Shown here: piece by piece, positions 45,795 to 55,912 of the stretch | How positions within the stretch are numbered: the first letter of the stretch is position 1 | Layout of the letters: every line of letters begins with the position of its first letter | Position numbers and translations under genes: made by a program | The notes under the pieces: generated by a model | Told to the model about the DNA's origin: nothing | Database searches by the model: none | The model's input: only the letters and a program-made list of their open reading frames with translations | Virus record (IMG/VR): IMGVR_UViG_3300044630_003672 | DNA: 64,000 nucleotides | From: a virus | Lineage: Duplodnaviria; Heunggongvirae; Uroviricota; Caudoviricetes | Strand: one strand, 5' to 3'

Positions 45795-46754
45795 ATGAAA
45801 GTAACCGTAGTAGTACGAACATGCAATAGACCAGAGTTTTTAAAAGAGGCATTGGCGTCAATTGAATTACAATCACATACTGATTGGGAAGTATTAATGT
45901 TTGATGATTCTGCATCTGATATTAATTTTTCAATTTATAAATGGTTTAAGCAAAGAAATTCTGATAAGAGAGTTTTGTATATGAGTACTAAATCTAGTTA
46001 TGATTTATTTCAAAATAGCTGGATTCTATCACCAGAACTTTCATTGGGAGAAATAATGATTAGATTAGATGATGATGATATTCTATTAAATGATTCTTTG
46101 AAATTTTTAGTAGATGTTTATACTACTAATAGTGAATTAGATTTTACATATGGTTCATCTATATTTTTTAATGATAATAAACTAACATCATTAGTTGAAA
46201 CCAAAAATCCATTTGAGCACGAAAAAACAAGAGCTATGTGGGCAGGTTATACTATTCCAAACAATAGTCCGTGGACAAATCCGTGGCAATTTATAGATAA
46301 TTACTTTGAAACCCCGCAACATTATACTTCAATAATTCATGCGGCAAAAGCAAATCAATTATCAATTTATCATTCATATTCAATGAGAACTTCTTCGGTA
46401 AAAAGAGTTAAAGATAAAATAAATCTAACATCTTTTTTTGTTGATGATCTTGAATTTTTGGGAAGTTTAGATTATTTAGGATTGGGACATAATTCAATAA
46501 AAAAGATTTTGTGTTTTGTAAGAACGCATAATCAAGGTAGAGTTTCCGATTATAATAAAGAAGTAAACGGACAAACTATGTATCAGGAAAATTTTAGAAT
46601 ACGTGATAAAGTTGATTATTTGAGACCTTCTGGATTTTTATCAAAAATAATTCCTATTCAAAATTCCGAAAATTATAACAATGGTATTTGTCAGGATATA
46701 ACTAATAAATTTATAGACCTGAATCAAAAAATACATGCCATCATAACTGATTGA
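45795..46754 (+). CDS. glycosyltransferase family 2 (GT-A fold)
   Basis: N-terminal 'VTVVVRTCNRPEFLKEALASIELQSHTDWEVLMFDDSASD' and a DDDD acidic motif. Confidence 0.75.
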   Translation: MKVTVVVRTCNRPEFLKEALASIELQSHTDWEVLMFDDSASDINFSIYKWFKQRNSDKRVLYMSTKSSYDLFQNSWILSPELSLGEIMIRLDDDDILLNDSLKFLVDVYTTNSELDFTYGSSIFFNDNKLTSLVETKNPFEHEKTRAMWAGYTIPNNSPWTNPWQFIDNYFETPQHYTSIIHAAKANQLSIYHSYSMRTSSVKRVKDKINLTSFFVDDLEFLGSLDYLGLGHNSIKKILCFVRTHNQGRVSDYNKEVNGQTMYQENFRIRDKVDYLRPSGFLSKIIPIQNSENYNNGICQDITNKFIDLNQKIHAIITD

Positions 46755-46795
46755 TAATCAATGACTTATAACTTATTGGTTCTCAATGAGTTATA
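46745..46795 (+). repeat. Intergenic repeat block (TGATTGATAATCAATGACTTAT ... CTCAATGAGTTAT)
   Basis: TTGAnnnTCAA dyad family. Confidence 0.6.
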
Positions 46796-46925
46796 CATAT
46801 AAACTGGCCTAATATGGTGGGTGGTATATTCACCTTACTTGTGTATTTTAGGGGAAATTTGGGGTGTTTCTGTACGTTTTATCACCTTAAATTACCCTAA
46901 TTCCCCAAAAAAACTTCAAAATAAA

Positions 46926-46959
46926 TTTGGCCGTTTCAGGCTTTTTTCGTATCTTTACG
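46926..46959 (+). promoter_or_regulatory. Bacteroidota-type promoter
   Basis: 'AAATTTGGCCGTTTCAGGCTTTTTTCGTATCTTTAC'. Confidence 0.6.
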
Positions 46960-46980
46960 TTGTATTAAAAATTTAAAGAT

Positions 46981-47451
46981 ATGAAACAATTACCTATTCA
47001 GTTGCCGGATTCCTTTATTAAGGGATTGGTATGTAAAGTTCACGTTTCCCTTAATGGTAAAACCGGAACAAAAGAATTAAAAGTATGTAGTGTAAAAGCT
47101 CGTTCAATTACTTTTATAGAAGTTGATAGAGAAAATCGCCAAAACATTTTCCGTAAAGTAGATAGAAAAGATATTGTTAATTTCAAACCTACAGCGATTT
47201 GTGAAATTACTGTTAGGGATGGTATCTTACCTGTTAAGTGGGAAAGTGCTTGGGATAGTATCGGACAACCTACACAACAAATTAGAGGTAGAGGTTTAGC
47301 ATCACAATTCAGTAAACATTTTAGTACCCATTCAAAAGGTTGGGCCCCAACAATAAAAGCCCCTATGGGTTCATCAATTGATGCTCTTGCAGCTAATCCA
47401 TCTTGGAAAAACTCAACAACAAATTCAGCTGCTGGTTTTCCAATGGTATAA
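46981..47451 (+). CDS. hypothetical protein
   Basis: 156 aa. Confidence 0.45.
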   Translation: MKQLPIQLPDSFIKGLVCKVHVSLNGKTGTKELKVCSVKARSITFIEVDRENRQNIFRKVDRKDIVNFKPTAICEITVRDGILPVKWESAWDSIGQPTQQIRGRGLASQFSKHFSTHSKGWAPTIKAPMGSSIDALAANPSWKNSTTNSAAGFPMV

Positions 47452-47463
47452 AAATTATAAGAT

Positions 47464-47727
47464 ATGAATATGAAAGTAAATGTAAACAAATTAGAAATGA
47501 CTAGTTGTGTTAAATGTGGTAATGATATGCCACTTTTACGATTCACAAAGTATGGTTATAGAAGTTGTGTGAATTGTAGTACAACACAAAGAGTTGGTGG
47601 GGTAGCAATAGCTAACCACAAAACTGGTAATGAAATTCAGATAATGCCGATGGAAGATGCAAATAGATTGTATAAGTTATCACAAAGGCAGGGATATGGT
47701 GTTTGTAAAGGTATGAAACATAATTAG
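47464..47727 (+). CDS. C4-type zinc-finger protein (TraR/DksA-like)
   Basis: 'CVKCGNDMPLLRFTKYGYRSCVNCS'. Confidence 0.45.
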   Translation: MNMKVNVNKLEMTSCVKCGNDMPLLRFTKYGYRSCVNCSTTQRVGGVAIANHKTGNEIQIMPMEDANRLYKLSQRQGYGVCKGMKHN

Positions 47728-47728
47728 C

Positions 47729-48070
47729 ATGGTTAAGAAAATAGAAAATTTTGAAAAATTATATCGTTCCGAACTCTTTGCTAAGAATGGTGATGTGTTT
47801 GTGATAGCCCCTAATAATATTATTCGTACAAGTAGTGAGCCGGAACTGATTGAATACTTTGATATAAAAAGAGTAGTTGCTCCTGTTTCAAATGTGAAAT
47901 ATTCAGTAGGTATATTCGCGGATAATATAAACAAAATGAATAAGGTTTGTGTTTATAAAAAAGGTGAATCTACGCCGGCATTAATAGAAGATTATGTTAG
48001 TAAAGTTCATTTTAGAAAAAAGGATTACTTTAAAACTTATGTAGTAACCCTAATAAATAAATTATTATGA
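47729..48070 (+). CDS. hypothetical protein
   Basis: 113 aa. Confidence 0.45.
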   Translation: MVKKIENFEKLYRSELFAKNGDVFVIAPNNIIRTSSEPELIEYFDIKRVVAPVSNVKYSVGIFADNINKMNKVCVYKKGESTPALIEDYVSKVHFRKKDYFKTYVVTLINKLL

Positions 48071-48429
48071 TAGTAGGTATAGAAAAAATAAAAGGAAGTG
48101 AGTTTAATTTTCCAATAGCCCATGCAAATGAAGCTGTATATAAAGTTGAGAGTGTAAATACTTTGGATAAAGTAGGTTCATCAAACGGTAATTGGGGAGC
48201 AGTTGTATTAGCTAAATTTGAAAACAAAGGTACAAACTATCTTGTTCCGCCGCATGTTGTATTTAGCATTGAATATGATACTGAAATAGTACCAACATAT
48301 AAAATAACGGCTATGACCAATGAAGGGCATAATGGTAAGGTAGAAGTTAATAATGGTGCACTCAAAACACCTGAATTATTTTTTAAAGTATTAAAAAGTT
48401 TGGCTGAAATTATTAATCAAAAAATGTAA
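48067..48429 (+). CDS. hypothetical protein
   Basis: 120 aa. Confidence 0.45.
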   Translation: MIVGIEKIKGSEFNFPIAHANEAVYKVESVNTLDKVGSSNGNWGAVVLAKFENKGTNYLVPPHVVFSIEYDTEIVPTYKITAMTNEGHNGKVEVNNGALKTPELFFKVLKSLAEIINQKM

Positions 48430-48440
48430 AAAAATAAGAT

Positions 48441-49553
48441 ATGAAGTTAGAAACAATTTACAAAAAAACAAAGACAGGCGCTACTCAAGAGTGGACAATT
48501 GAAGTAGTGAGTAACAAATACCGAACCCATAGTGGACAAGTTGGTGGGGCAATCACTACAAACGAATGGACAGTAGTGTATGGTAAGAATGTAGGTAAAG
48601 CAAATGGTACTACCGATAATGAACAAGCTCTTAAAGAAGCTGAAGCTAAACGTACAAAGAAATTAGAGAGTGGTTACTTTGAGAATATCAAACACATCAA
48701 TAAGACTCAATACTTTGAACCAATGTTAGCGGCTAAGTGGGATGATTATAAAGATAAGGTTACATATCCAATATTCTCACAGCCAAAGCTAGATGGTATT
48801 CGTTGTATAGTTACAAAGGATGGTATGTTTAGTAGAAATGGTAAACCAATCATTTCAGCACCACACATTAGAGAGAGTTTGAATAGTGTATTTGAAACGC
48901 ACCCTACATTGATATTGGATGGTGAGTTATATGCTGATAAGTTCGCTAACGATTTCAATGCAATTGTATCGTTGGTTAAGAAAACAAAACCAACCGATGC
49001 TGATTTGCTTGAAAGTAAAAAGAATATTCAGTATTGGATTTATGATATACCAAGTAATAGTTCAAACTTTGGTGAACGTTGTTATGCATTGGACCAGTTA
49101 TTTGATGTTGAACTTGATTCGTTTGAAAAACATTGTGTATTAGTTGAAACCGATACGTGTAATAGCGAAGATGAAGTTATGGAATTGTATGGTGAGTATG
49201 TAGATAAAGGATTCGAAGGCCAGATGTTACGATTGGATAGTAAGTATGAGAATAAGAGAAGCAAATCTTTATTGAAACATAAATCATTTGTGGACGAAGA
49301 ATATATCATTAAAGATATTTGTGAGGGTGAGGGTAATAGAACTGGAACTGCCGGTTATATGGTATTTGAAACCGCAGATGGTAAACCTTTCAAATCAAAT
49401 GTAAAGGGGACATGGGAAGAAACTGCTGAAATGTTAAAGAGTAAAAAGAAACTAATAGGTAAACAAGCAACGATTAAGTATTTCAATTTAACACCGGATG
49501 GTATTCCTCGTTTTCCTTTTGTAATTAATATTGATAGAGCAAGTTATGAGTAA
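48441..49553 (+). CDS. ATP-dependent DNA ligase (phage T7-type)
   Basis: Motif I 'QPKLDGIRCIV' (KxDG), 'LILDGELYA' and 'EGQMLRLDSKY...KSLLKHK', the nucleotidyltransferase plus OB-fold motif order. Confidence 0.9.
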   Translation: MKLETIYKKTKTGATQEWTIEVVSNKYRTHSGQVGGAITTNEWTVVYGKNVGKANGTTDNEQALKEAEAKRTKKLESGYFENIKHINKTQYFEPMLAAKWDDYKDKVTYPIFSQPKLDGIRCIVTKDGMFSRNGKPIISAPHIRESLNSVFETHPTLILDGELYADKFANDFNAIVSLVKKTKPTDADLLESKKNIQYWIYDIPSNSSNFGERCYALDQLFDVELDSFEKHCVLVETDTCNSEDEVMELYGEYVDKGFEGQMLRLDSKYENKRSKSLLKHKSFVDEEYIIKDICEGEGNRTGTAGYMVFETADGKPFKSNVKGTWEETAEMLKSKKKLIGKQATIKYFNLTPDGIPRFPFVINIDRASYE

Positions 49554-49941
49554 AAAGAAACCCGATTTAGTTGTATGGGATGAGGAACGCGGTTACTATC
49601 CAAGAGAATTAGTCTATGGTAGTAACAATGGAGCACCTGCTATTAAATTAGAAGATGTTGGTGGTTGGAAACAAATACAAGCTCAAAACGCTAATAAGAT
49701 ATTCACTAAAAAGTATGAGGAAATAAAAGATGAATTCAAAAAATTAGTGGATGAAGTTAGTTGGAATGAATTTGTATATTCAGTAACTTACAACTTTATA
49801 CCTGTAATAGGTGAAACATATTATCTATACGAAAAAAATGATGGTAGTCCATTCCTTTCATTAATAGCACCTGATGAATGGAATATGAAATTTATAGGTG
49901 CAACAAGATTAGAATCCAATAACAAATGGATAAAGTTATGA
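49531..49941 (+). CDS. hypothetical protein
   Basis: 136 aa. Confidence 0.45.
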   Translation: MIEQVMSKKKPDLVVWDEERGYYPRELVYGSNNGAPAIKLEDVGGWKQIQAQNANKIFTKKYEEIKDEFKKLVDEVSWNEFVYSVTYNFIPVIGETYYLYEKNDGSPFLSLIAPDEWNMKFIGATRLESNNKWIKL

Positions 49942-50504
49942 AAAATTTAATAGTAATTGGGCATCCAAACAAAGAAAGTTTTTGCACCAATGGTATTGCA
50001 AAGACAATCAAAGAAACTCTTGAGAAAAATAAGCAAGAAGTATTTGTAATTGATTTGTATGCAGAAAACAAAACGTTTGAATTCCATAAAGATAAAGTTA
50101 GTGAATACAAACAATTAATTACTTGGGCTGATAAGATTTACTTCGTATCACCGGTATATTGGTTTAGATGTTCGCCGGCTATGGAATCATTCTTTGACCA
50201 AATCTTTACACCTGGATTTGCATATAAGTTTACGCCTGTTACAAAGGTGTATGGATATCCAACTCCTTTGTTAAGTGACAAAAAAGTAAGAACTTATTTA
50301 ACACATGGTGCACCTGCTTTACCTGTTATGACACTTTATTTGAATTCGGTAAAATTAAGATTGGTGATGGGTGTATATTCATTTGTGTTCGGTTGGTTCA
50401 AAACAAAGACAAGACAATTTTGGAGTGTGCCATTTGTTTCTCACAATGACAGATTAGTTTATTTGGAAAAAGTAAAAGAAGATGTTAAAAAAGATTTAAA
50501 GTAA
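49938..50504 (+). CDS. flavodoxin-like-fold NAD(P)H-dependent oxidoreductase (Flavodoxin_2 family)
   Basis: 'MKNLIVIGHPNKESF...ELITWADKIYFVSPVYWFRCSPAMESFFDQIF'. ATGA overlap with the upstream gene. Confidence 0.7.
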   Translation: MKNLIVIGHPNKESFCTNGIAKTIKETLEKNKQEVFVIDLYAENKTFEFHKDKVSEYKQLITWADKIYFVSPVYWFRCSPAMESFFDQIFTPGFAYKFTPVTKVYGYPTPLLSDKKVRTYLTHGAPALPVMTLYLNSVKLRLVMGVYSFVFGWFKTKTRQFWSVPFVSHNDRLVYLEKVKEDVKKDLK

Positions 50505-50839
50505 TGAAATACATAATCACATATATTGTATTCCTATTCGCTTTGTATTTAGGAATTGGAATTAAAAAAATATTCAAACGTTATAAAATGTTCTTGGACA
50601 AAAATTATTGGACAGATTATAATGTGATTGAATTCTTTGCATGGTTTGCCAAAGCAATCATTATCATTCCAGGTTTAATATTTGGCATTGAGATTTGGCA
50701 ATTTCATTTCTTAACATTGATTACATCCTCTTTGTTAATTTGGGCATCAATGAGAAAGGATTTACCTACATTGATTGCATTCAATACGATATGGATAGTG
50801 ATTTCATTAACAATATTAGTAAGACATTTAATACCTTAA
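50504..50839 (+). CDS. membrane protein
   Basis: Three or four TM helices. Confidence 0.45.
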   Translation: MKYIITYIVFLFALYLGIGIKKIFKRYKMFLDKNYWTDYNVIEFFAWFAKAIIIIPGLIFGIEIWQFHFLTLITSSLLIWASMRKDLPTLIAFNTIWIVISLTILVRHLIP

Positions 50840-50840
50840 T

Positions 50841-51125
50841 ATGAATCCAACACAAATAGCACAACAAATGGTAGCTCAATTAAATCAGCAACCAATGATG
50901 TTTTCTACAAAAGCAAAACCTATATTTGTAATTAGAGTACCACAAGCTATGAGCAGTACCGAAATTAGACAAGTTAGGGATAGTATGTTTAAAGACGATA
51001 TTAAAGATGATTATCACATATTAGTAGTACCGGCCAACGTTGATGAATTTGAGTTTGAAATGTATAACGCCGATAAGATTGAAGTGCAAGAGTGGAATAA
51101 GTTAGTTAATAAGATTCTTAAATAA
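50841..51125 (+). CDS. hypothetical protein
   Basis: 94 aa. Confidence 0.45.
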   Translation: MNPTQIAQQMVAQLNQQPMMFSTKAKPIFVIRVPQAMSSTEIRQVRDSMFKDDIKDDYHILVVPANVDEFEFEMYNADKIEVQEWNKLVNKILK

Positions 51126-51126
51126 A

Positions 51127-51160
51127 TTTGGTATATTCAAAATAATTTCGTATATTTGTA
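51127..51160 (+). promoter_or_regulatory. Bacteroidota-type promoter
   Basis: 'AAATTTGGTATATTCAAAATAATTTCGTATATTTGTAA'. Confidence 0.65.
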
Positions 51161-51179
51161 AAATAAAACATAAAATAAA

Positions 51180-51467
51180 ATGATAGATTTTTTAAAAAAG
51201 TACAAAACGCAAATCTTTAATATCATTACGATATTTTTGATTTTAGAATTCGTAATTTATCCTGGTCTTACAAAGGCCGATACCGTATCAAACATATTAG
51301 CAGGTATTGGATTTTTGTTATTGATTGTATGGGGTGGATTAGCACTTTACAGCTATATAACATCGGATAAAGGTGGTATAGTTGATAAAGAGGAATTGAA
51401 GGAAGCTCAAAAAATATTAGATGAGCAAAGTAAACCAAAACGTAAGTACACTAAAAAAACAAAGTAA
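51180..51467 (+). CDS. membrane protein
   Basis: Two TM segments and a basic C-terminus. Confidence 0.4.
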   Translation: MIDFLKKYKTQIFNIITIFLILEFVIYPGLTKADTVSNILAGIGFLLLIVWGGLALYSYITSDKGGIVDKEELKEAQKILDEQSKPKRKYTKKTK

Positions 51468-51468
51468 T

Positions 51469-52395
51469 ATGGCATTCGAATCGTTTGAAGAAAGGTATGC
51501 TCGCCAACAAAAAGAGCGTGAAGAACAATTACAACAATATAAATTAGAACAACAATTAAAAATTAAAAAGATGACAAAGATTATCGGTGGTAGTATCGTT
51601 GGATTATTTCTAATGGTATTTTTATTTAAGTCTTGCGAAAGAATTGATGCAGGACACGTGGGTGTTAAAGTAAACCTTTATGGTGATAACAAAGGTGTAA
51701 GTGATGTGACTGAAGTAACTGGTATGGTATTCTATAATCCAATTACACATTCAATCTATGAGTTCCCTACATTCATTCAACACAAAGAATATACAGGTGA
51801 AAATTCATTTGTAGTAAATAGTAAAGATGGTAGTGAGTTTCACGTTTCACCAATCATTAACTATTCAGTAAAGAGAGAGAAAGTTCCATCAATCTTCGCT
51901 AAATATCGTAGAAGTTTGGACCAAATAGAAGAAGGGTTTTTGAAAACATCCGTATTTGACGCATTCAGATTGGCAACCAACAAATATACAGCTGATGAAT
52001 TAATTGGTAATAGACAAGCATATGAAGTTGAGGTTCGTAAGATATTAGAAGGGCAACTATTAGCAGAAGGATTTATTGTTAATCAGTTTACATCAAATTT
52101 AGTATATCCTGAAACATTCAAAACGGCAATTGAGGCTAAGAATAACGCAGTTCAGGCGGCATTGATGGCTGAAAATAAAGTAAAAACTGCCGAAGCTGAA
52201 GCAAAGATTAAAGTAGCAACTGCGGAAGGTAACGCACAAGCATTACTTACATCGGCAAAAGCTGAAGCTGAAGCAAATAGAATGAAGCAACAAACATTGA
52301 CACCATTACTTATTCAATTAGAATATGTACAAAAGTGGGATGGTAAATTGCCAGTATATGGTACTGTACCGCAGTTGTTTAAAAGCATTCAATAA
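51469..52395 (+). CDS. SPFH/Band-7 (prohibitin/HflK-like) membrane protein
   Basis: TM followed by 'IDAGHVGVKVNLYG...', an SPFH core and an Ala/Glu-rich coiled coil 'AEAEAKIKVATAEGNAQALL'. Confidence 0.8.
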   Translation: MAFESFEERYARQQKEREEQLQQYKLEQQLKIKKMTKIIGGSIVGLFLMVFLFKSCERIDAGHVGVKVNLYGDNKGVSDVTEVTGMVFYNPITHSIYEFPTFIQHKEYTGENSFVVNSKDGSEFHVSPIINYSVKREKVPSIFAKYRRSLDQIEEGFLKTSVFDAFRLATNKYTADELIGNRQAYEVEVRKILEGQLLAEGFIVNQFTSNLVYPETFKTAIEAKNNAVQAALMAENKVKTAEAEAKIKVATAEGNAQALLTSAKAEAEANRMKQQTLTPLLIQLEYVQKWDGKLPVYGTVPQLFKSIQ

Positions 52396-52410
52396 TAAAA
52401 TAATTACATA

Positions 52411-52438
52411 AAGTCTTGGTAATTCCAAGACTTTTTTG
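52411..52438 (+). terminator. Rho-independent terminator
   Basis: AAGTCTTGG-TAATT-CCAAGACTT followed by TTTTTT, directly abutting the next promoter's -7 box. Confidence 0.8.
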
Positions 52439-52448
52439 TATATTTGTA
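52415..52448 (+). promoter_or_regulatory. Bacteroidota-type promoter overlapping the terminator
   Basis: -7 'TATATTTGTAT' at 52439; -33-like 'CTTGG' 19 nt upstream. Confidence 0.5.
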
Positions 52449-52487
52449 TAAATTAACAAACAAAAATAAGCATGGAGGCTTAAACCA

Positions 52488-52748
52488 ATGAAGTGTATTA
52501 AATGTATTAAACAAACAAAGAGCTACGATTTGGATGAAATTCGTAGAACCGATGACCAGGACGCAGAAGAAAAAGTAAGGAGTGGCGTTTGGAAATTTAT
52601 TCCTAAACAAGAATGGAAGGGAACATTGAAAACCGCAATAGTAAAGAATGATACGATTGTATCACCGGATGAAACCGATGAATTAACTATTGCCGAAAAA
52701 CAATTGAAAGGTAAAAAGAAAAAAGTAAAAGATGACAAAGGAAAATAG
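52488..52748 (+). CDS. hypothetical protein
   Basis: 86 aa, N-terminal 'CIKCIK'. Confidence 0.4.
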   Translation: MKCIKCIKQTKSYDLDEIRRTDDQDAEEKVRSGVWKFIPKQEWKGTLKTAIVKNDTIVSPDETDELTIAEKQLKGKKKKVKDDKGK

Positions 52749-52749
52749 T

Positions 52750-53313
52750 ATGAAGATTGTTGAATTGTATCCAGAAATGTTTACATTCACAGTTAGAGGA
52801 TATGAGCACAATATGTTTGAAAAAACATACAATAAAGCGTTAGCGTATATCCATAAAAATATAAAGTGGACTCGTAAAATTGATTACATCCAACAAACAA
52901 ATCCGTATAGATATGAGTTTGAAGTTGGTAATGGTTGGTTTAAAATTATTTACGAATTAGTGGATGGTATCAAAGTTAATGACTTAAAAAAAGGTGACTG
53001 GATTACAAAGGTTACACAATGCAAAGAAAAATTCGGTGGGTTACGTTTCTATGTGACAGGTACATCCGATAAAAATTGGGCATTGATTAGAAACGCCGAA
53101 CAAAAATCATATGGAGTATGTGAGGAAAGCGGTTCAGAAGTTGAAGTTGGAATTTGGAATAACGGATGGGTTCGAACTATTTGCCGTAATTACGCTTTAA
53201 AAATGTATTATGACATGGTTGATAGGGGTGAAGCTAAAAAAAGTTTTGATGAATATTGGAAACCACGCGAAGCATCTGCAACTATTGAAACACCAAAGAA
53301 AAAAAGAAAATAA
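52750..53313 (+). CDS. hypothetical protein
   Basis: Start adjusted to 'MKIVELYPEM'. Confidence 0.45.
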   Translation: MKIVELYPEMFTFTVRGYEHNMFEKTYNKALAYIHKNIKWTRKIDYIQQTNPYRYEFEVGNGWFKIIYELVDGIKVNDLKKGDWITKVTQCKEKFGGLRFYVTGTSDKNWALIRNAEQKSYGVCEESGSEVEVGIWNNGWVRTICRNYALKMYYDMVDRGEAKKSFDEYWKPREASATIETPKKKRK

Positions 53314-53576
53314 TGAGTTTAGCTCAAAGAGAAGTTTGGGACAAAGGATTAAAAGAAACACAAATGAGTAATAAACACATTGAAATAGTACGATATGATA
53401 ATGCTAAGATTCATATTAGAGAATATGTAGGTGAAAGAGTTTTATCACCGGTTACATATCAGCCGGCAATTATCAAAATGATTGGAGCAAGATTATTGGT
53501 TATTAATCCTGATAATCAAGAAGAGTACTATGACTGTAGATATGAGGATTGTACTATTAAAAGAGTGAATGGATAA
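53313..53576 (+). CDS. hypothetical protein
   Basis: 87 aa. Confidence 0.4.
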   Translation: MSLAQREVWDKGLKETQMSNKHIEIVRYDNAKIHIREYVGERVLSPVTYQPAIIKMIGARLLVINPDNQEEYYDCRYEDCTIKRVNG

Positions 53577-53722
53577 TAAAATAATAAATTATGAAAGAAA
53601 AATTAACAAAAGCATTAGAAACATTCGGATACCTAGCTGTAATAGGGTTAGGATTTTATATTCTATATTTTGGATTTAGAATGTTCTGGATACTTTTACA
53701 ATCAATTTTAAAATAAAACAAT

Positions 53723-54337
53723 ATGTTAGCATGGATTTTCCTATTCGTAGTATTAGCATTCGTTGGTAAGCTAGTTTACGATGTACAACAAAAGAAAAAC
53801 AAACCAACAAAAAACGAAGATGGATTTGATAAGGATGCACTTCAAAAGTTAGCAGGTATTATACCAACGAATCCTAATGATGAAGTTCGCCAATTTTTAG
53901 TTAATAACAATATTATTGACGAGGAAAAACTTAAAGAGGAATTAAGGAAGGGAGAATTTCCAGCACCAGACCCATCAATACCGGTAACTACGGCAAAACT
54001 AACTACAATTGGTGGCAGTTATGGGGATAGTGACCCATTGGCACAGGTTCCAATGAGTAGAGTATCGGACGAAGGTAAAAAGAAAATGGCTGAAATTGCT
54101 AAGCAAGATATTTCCGATAGATTGGATGCACAAACTAAACAAATGATTGAATCAGAATTAGGTCCTGTTATTGACCAATTAGCAAAAGATGTATTAGTAG
54201 AATCGGCTGATAAGGACAGAGTTTCAATTGTTAATAAAATCCAACCTAAAAAGAAAAACCCTAAACAAATGGACGGAATTAAAACCGATGCACCATTTGT
54301 AAAAACAAAAAAGAAAACAACAAAACCAAAAGCATAA
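53723..54337 (+). CDS. hypothetical protein (N-terminal TM, Lys-rich tail)
   Basis: 204 aa. Confidence 0.45.
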   Translation: MLAWIFLFVVLAFVGKLVYDVQQKKNKPTKNEDGFDKDALQKLAGIIPTNPNDEVRQFLVNNNIIDEEKLKEELRKGEFPAPDPSIPVTTAKLTTIGGSYGDSDPLAQVPMSRVSDEGKKKMAEIAKQDISDRLDAQTKQMIESELGPVIDQLAKDVLVESADKDRVSIVNKIQPKKKNPKQMDGIKTDAPFVKTKKKTTKPKA

Positions 54338-54930
54338 TGATTGACGATATAATTGTGATTGACGATTTTTTACCAAAATCTACCCAAGACAAATTAGAAG
54401 AACTTTTTAGTTCTACAAGATTGTCATGGATATTTTTTAAAGATATCGCTTTACCTTTATCTGAAATAAAAAGATTGGGTATTAAACAATTAACACCTGG
54501 TATAGCATGTTACATCAAACAGGATAATCCGCGTTTTGTAAATGATTCATTATTAAATGAAGTGAAAATTATACCAAATGAAGCTTGTAAAAAAATTGGA
54601 AAAGAATGTAAAGAAATTTATAACGCAAGAAGTTTTATGCATTTTCCATTGGCAAGTGAATTACGAAAGGAATATGACAATCCGCATATTGATATTGGTT
54701 ACGAACATCTTGTTTGTTTATATTATGTAAACGATACCGATGGGGATACGTTTATATTCAATAGAACAAAAAATGATGGACCGATTTCAAAAGATGCAAA
54801 GCCTGAAATACTAAAAAGAGTAAGTCCAAAAAAAGGTAGAGTAGTGTTATTCAATGGAAATAGATACCATTCAAGCTCTGGACCTTCAAAGGATACTCGA
54901 TGTATTATAAACTTTAATGTAAAAATTTAA
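54337..54930 (+). CDS. 2OG-Fe(II) oxygenase superfamily protein (putative)
   Basis: HxD...H...R arrangement: 'PHIDIGYEH', 'GNRYHSSS', 'TRCII'. Confidence 0.55.
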   Translation: MIDDIIVIDDFLPKSTQDKLEELFSSTRLSWIFFKDIALPLSEIKRLGIKQLTPGIACYIKQDNPRFVNDSLLNEVKIIPNEACKKIGKECKEIYNARSFMHFPLASELRKEYDNPHIDIGYEHLVCLYYVNDTDGDTFIFNRTKNDGPISKDAKPEILKRVSPKKGRVVLFNGNRYHSSSGPSKDTRCIINFNVKI

Positions 54931-54941
54931 CAAAAACAATA

Positions 54942-55253
54942 ATGAGCAAAGAAACATTTCAATTAGCAAAGCCGTTAGCGGACAGAGTACTTATTGAGAA
55001 AGAAGAAGTACAAACAAAAACAACAGGTGGTATTATCATTCCAGAAACCGCTAGAGCAGAAGATACAAAGATTGGAGTTGTAGTTTCAGTTGGTGAAGGT
55101 ATATACACAAACGATGGGGTTAAAATTCCAATGAGTGTGAAAGTAGGCGATAAGGTTATGATGCCACAAATCGGGACTGCACAAATTGTGAAACTAGAAA
55201 ACAAAGAATATTATTTATTCAGAGAACAAGAATTATTAATGATTATAAAATAA
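54942..55253 (+). CDS. groES: co-chaperonin GroES (Hsp10)
   Basis: Collinear with GroES: 'AKPLADRVLIEKEE...TTGGIIIPETA...GVVVSVGEG...VKVGDKV...EYYLFREQELLMIIK'. Confidence 0.9.
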   Translation: MSKETFQLAKPLADRVLIEKEEVQTKTTGGIIIPETARAEDTKIGVVVSVGEGIYTNDGVKIPMSVKVGDKVMMPQIGTAQIVKLENKEYYLFREQELLMIIK

Positions 55254-55258
55254 AAATT

Positions 55259-55705
55259 ATGGCAACAAAAGTATTATTTAAAACAGCAAAAGGTAACATG
55301 GTAGTCGAACTATATGACGAGACACCAATTGCATCTGGTAACTTTAAAAAATTAGTTGAAAAAGGATTTTACAATGGATTAAACTTTCATAGAGTTATTC
55401 CAAACTTTATGGTTCAAGGTGGATGTCCGAACGGTAGAGGTGATGGCGGACCTGGTTATACAATTCCGTGTGAGGTGAATGCACCAAAGCAATTTCATGA
55501 TAGGGGTGTATTAAGTATGGCACACGCCGGTCGAAATACTGGTGGTTCACAATTCTTTATTTGTCACAATAGAGCAGGAGTTGCACATTTGGACGGCAAT
55601 CACACTTGCTTCGGTAAAGTAATTGAAGGGGTTGAAGTGGTTGATTTTATCAGACAAGGTGATTCTATTATTTCAATTGAAGTGATTAATGAAACAAACA
55701 TTTAA
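55259..55705 (+). CDS. peptidyl-prolyl cis-trans isomerase, cyclophilin type
   Basis: 'FHRVIPNFMVQGGCP', 'GVLSMAHAGRNTGGSQFFI' and 'LDGNHTCFGKVIEG', the canonical cyclophilin core. Confidence 0.9.
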   Translation: MATKVLFKTAKGNMVVELYDETPIASGNFKKLVEKGFYNGLNFHRVIPNFMVQGGCPNGRGDGGPGYTIPCEVNAPKQFHDRGVLSMAHAGRNTGGSQFFICHNRAGVAHLDGNHTCFGKVIEGVEVVDFIRQGDSIISIEVINETNI

Positions 55706-55708
55706 TTT

Positions 55709-55912
55709 ATGAATGCATACCACATTTTAGTTATAACAGGCGAATCTTATATGAATCGTAAAGTTGAAGCAGATGGAATATCTTGGTCAGACTCCGGTCT
55801 TTACGAATTTTGGAAACGAAATGAGCAGGGTAAAGCAATTGGAATTGCATATTATCCAGTTAGTAGAACAATTATTGACAATATAGAATTTAACATTGAA
55901 GAAAATGATTGA
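55709..55912 (+). CDS. hypothetical protein
   Basis: 67 aa. Confidence 0.4.
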   Translation: MNAYHILVITGESYMNRKVEADGISWSDSGLYEFWKRNEQGKAIGIAYYPVSRTIIDNIEFNIEEND

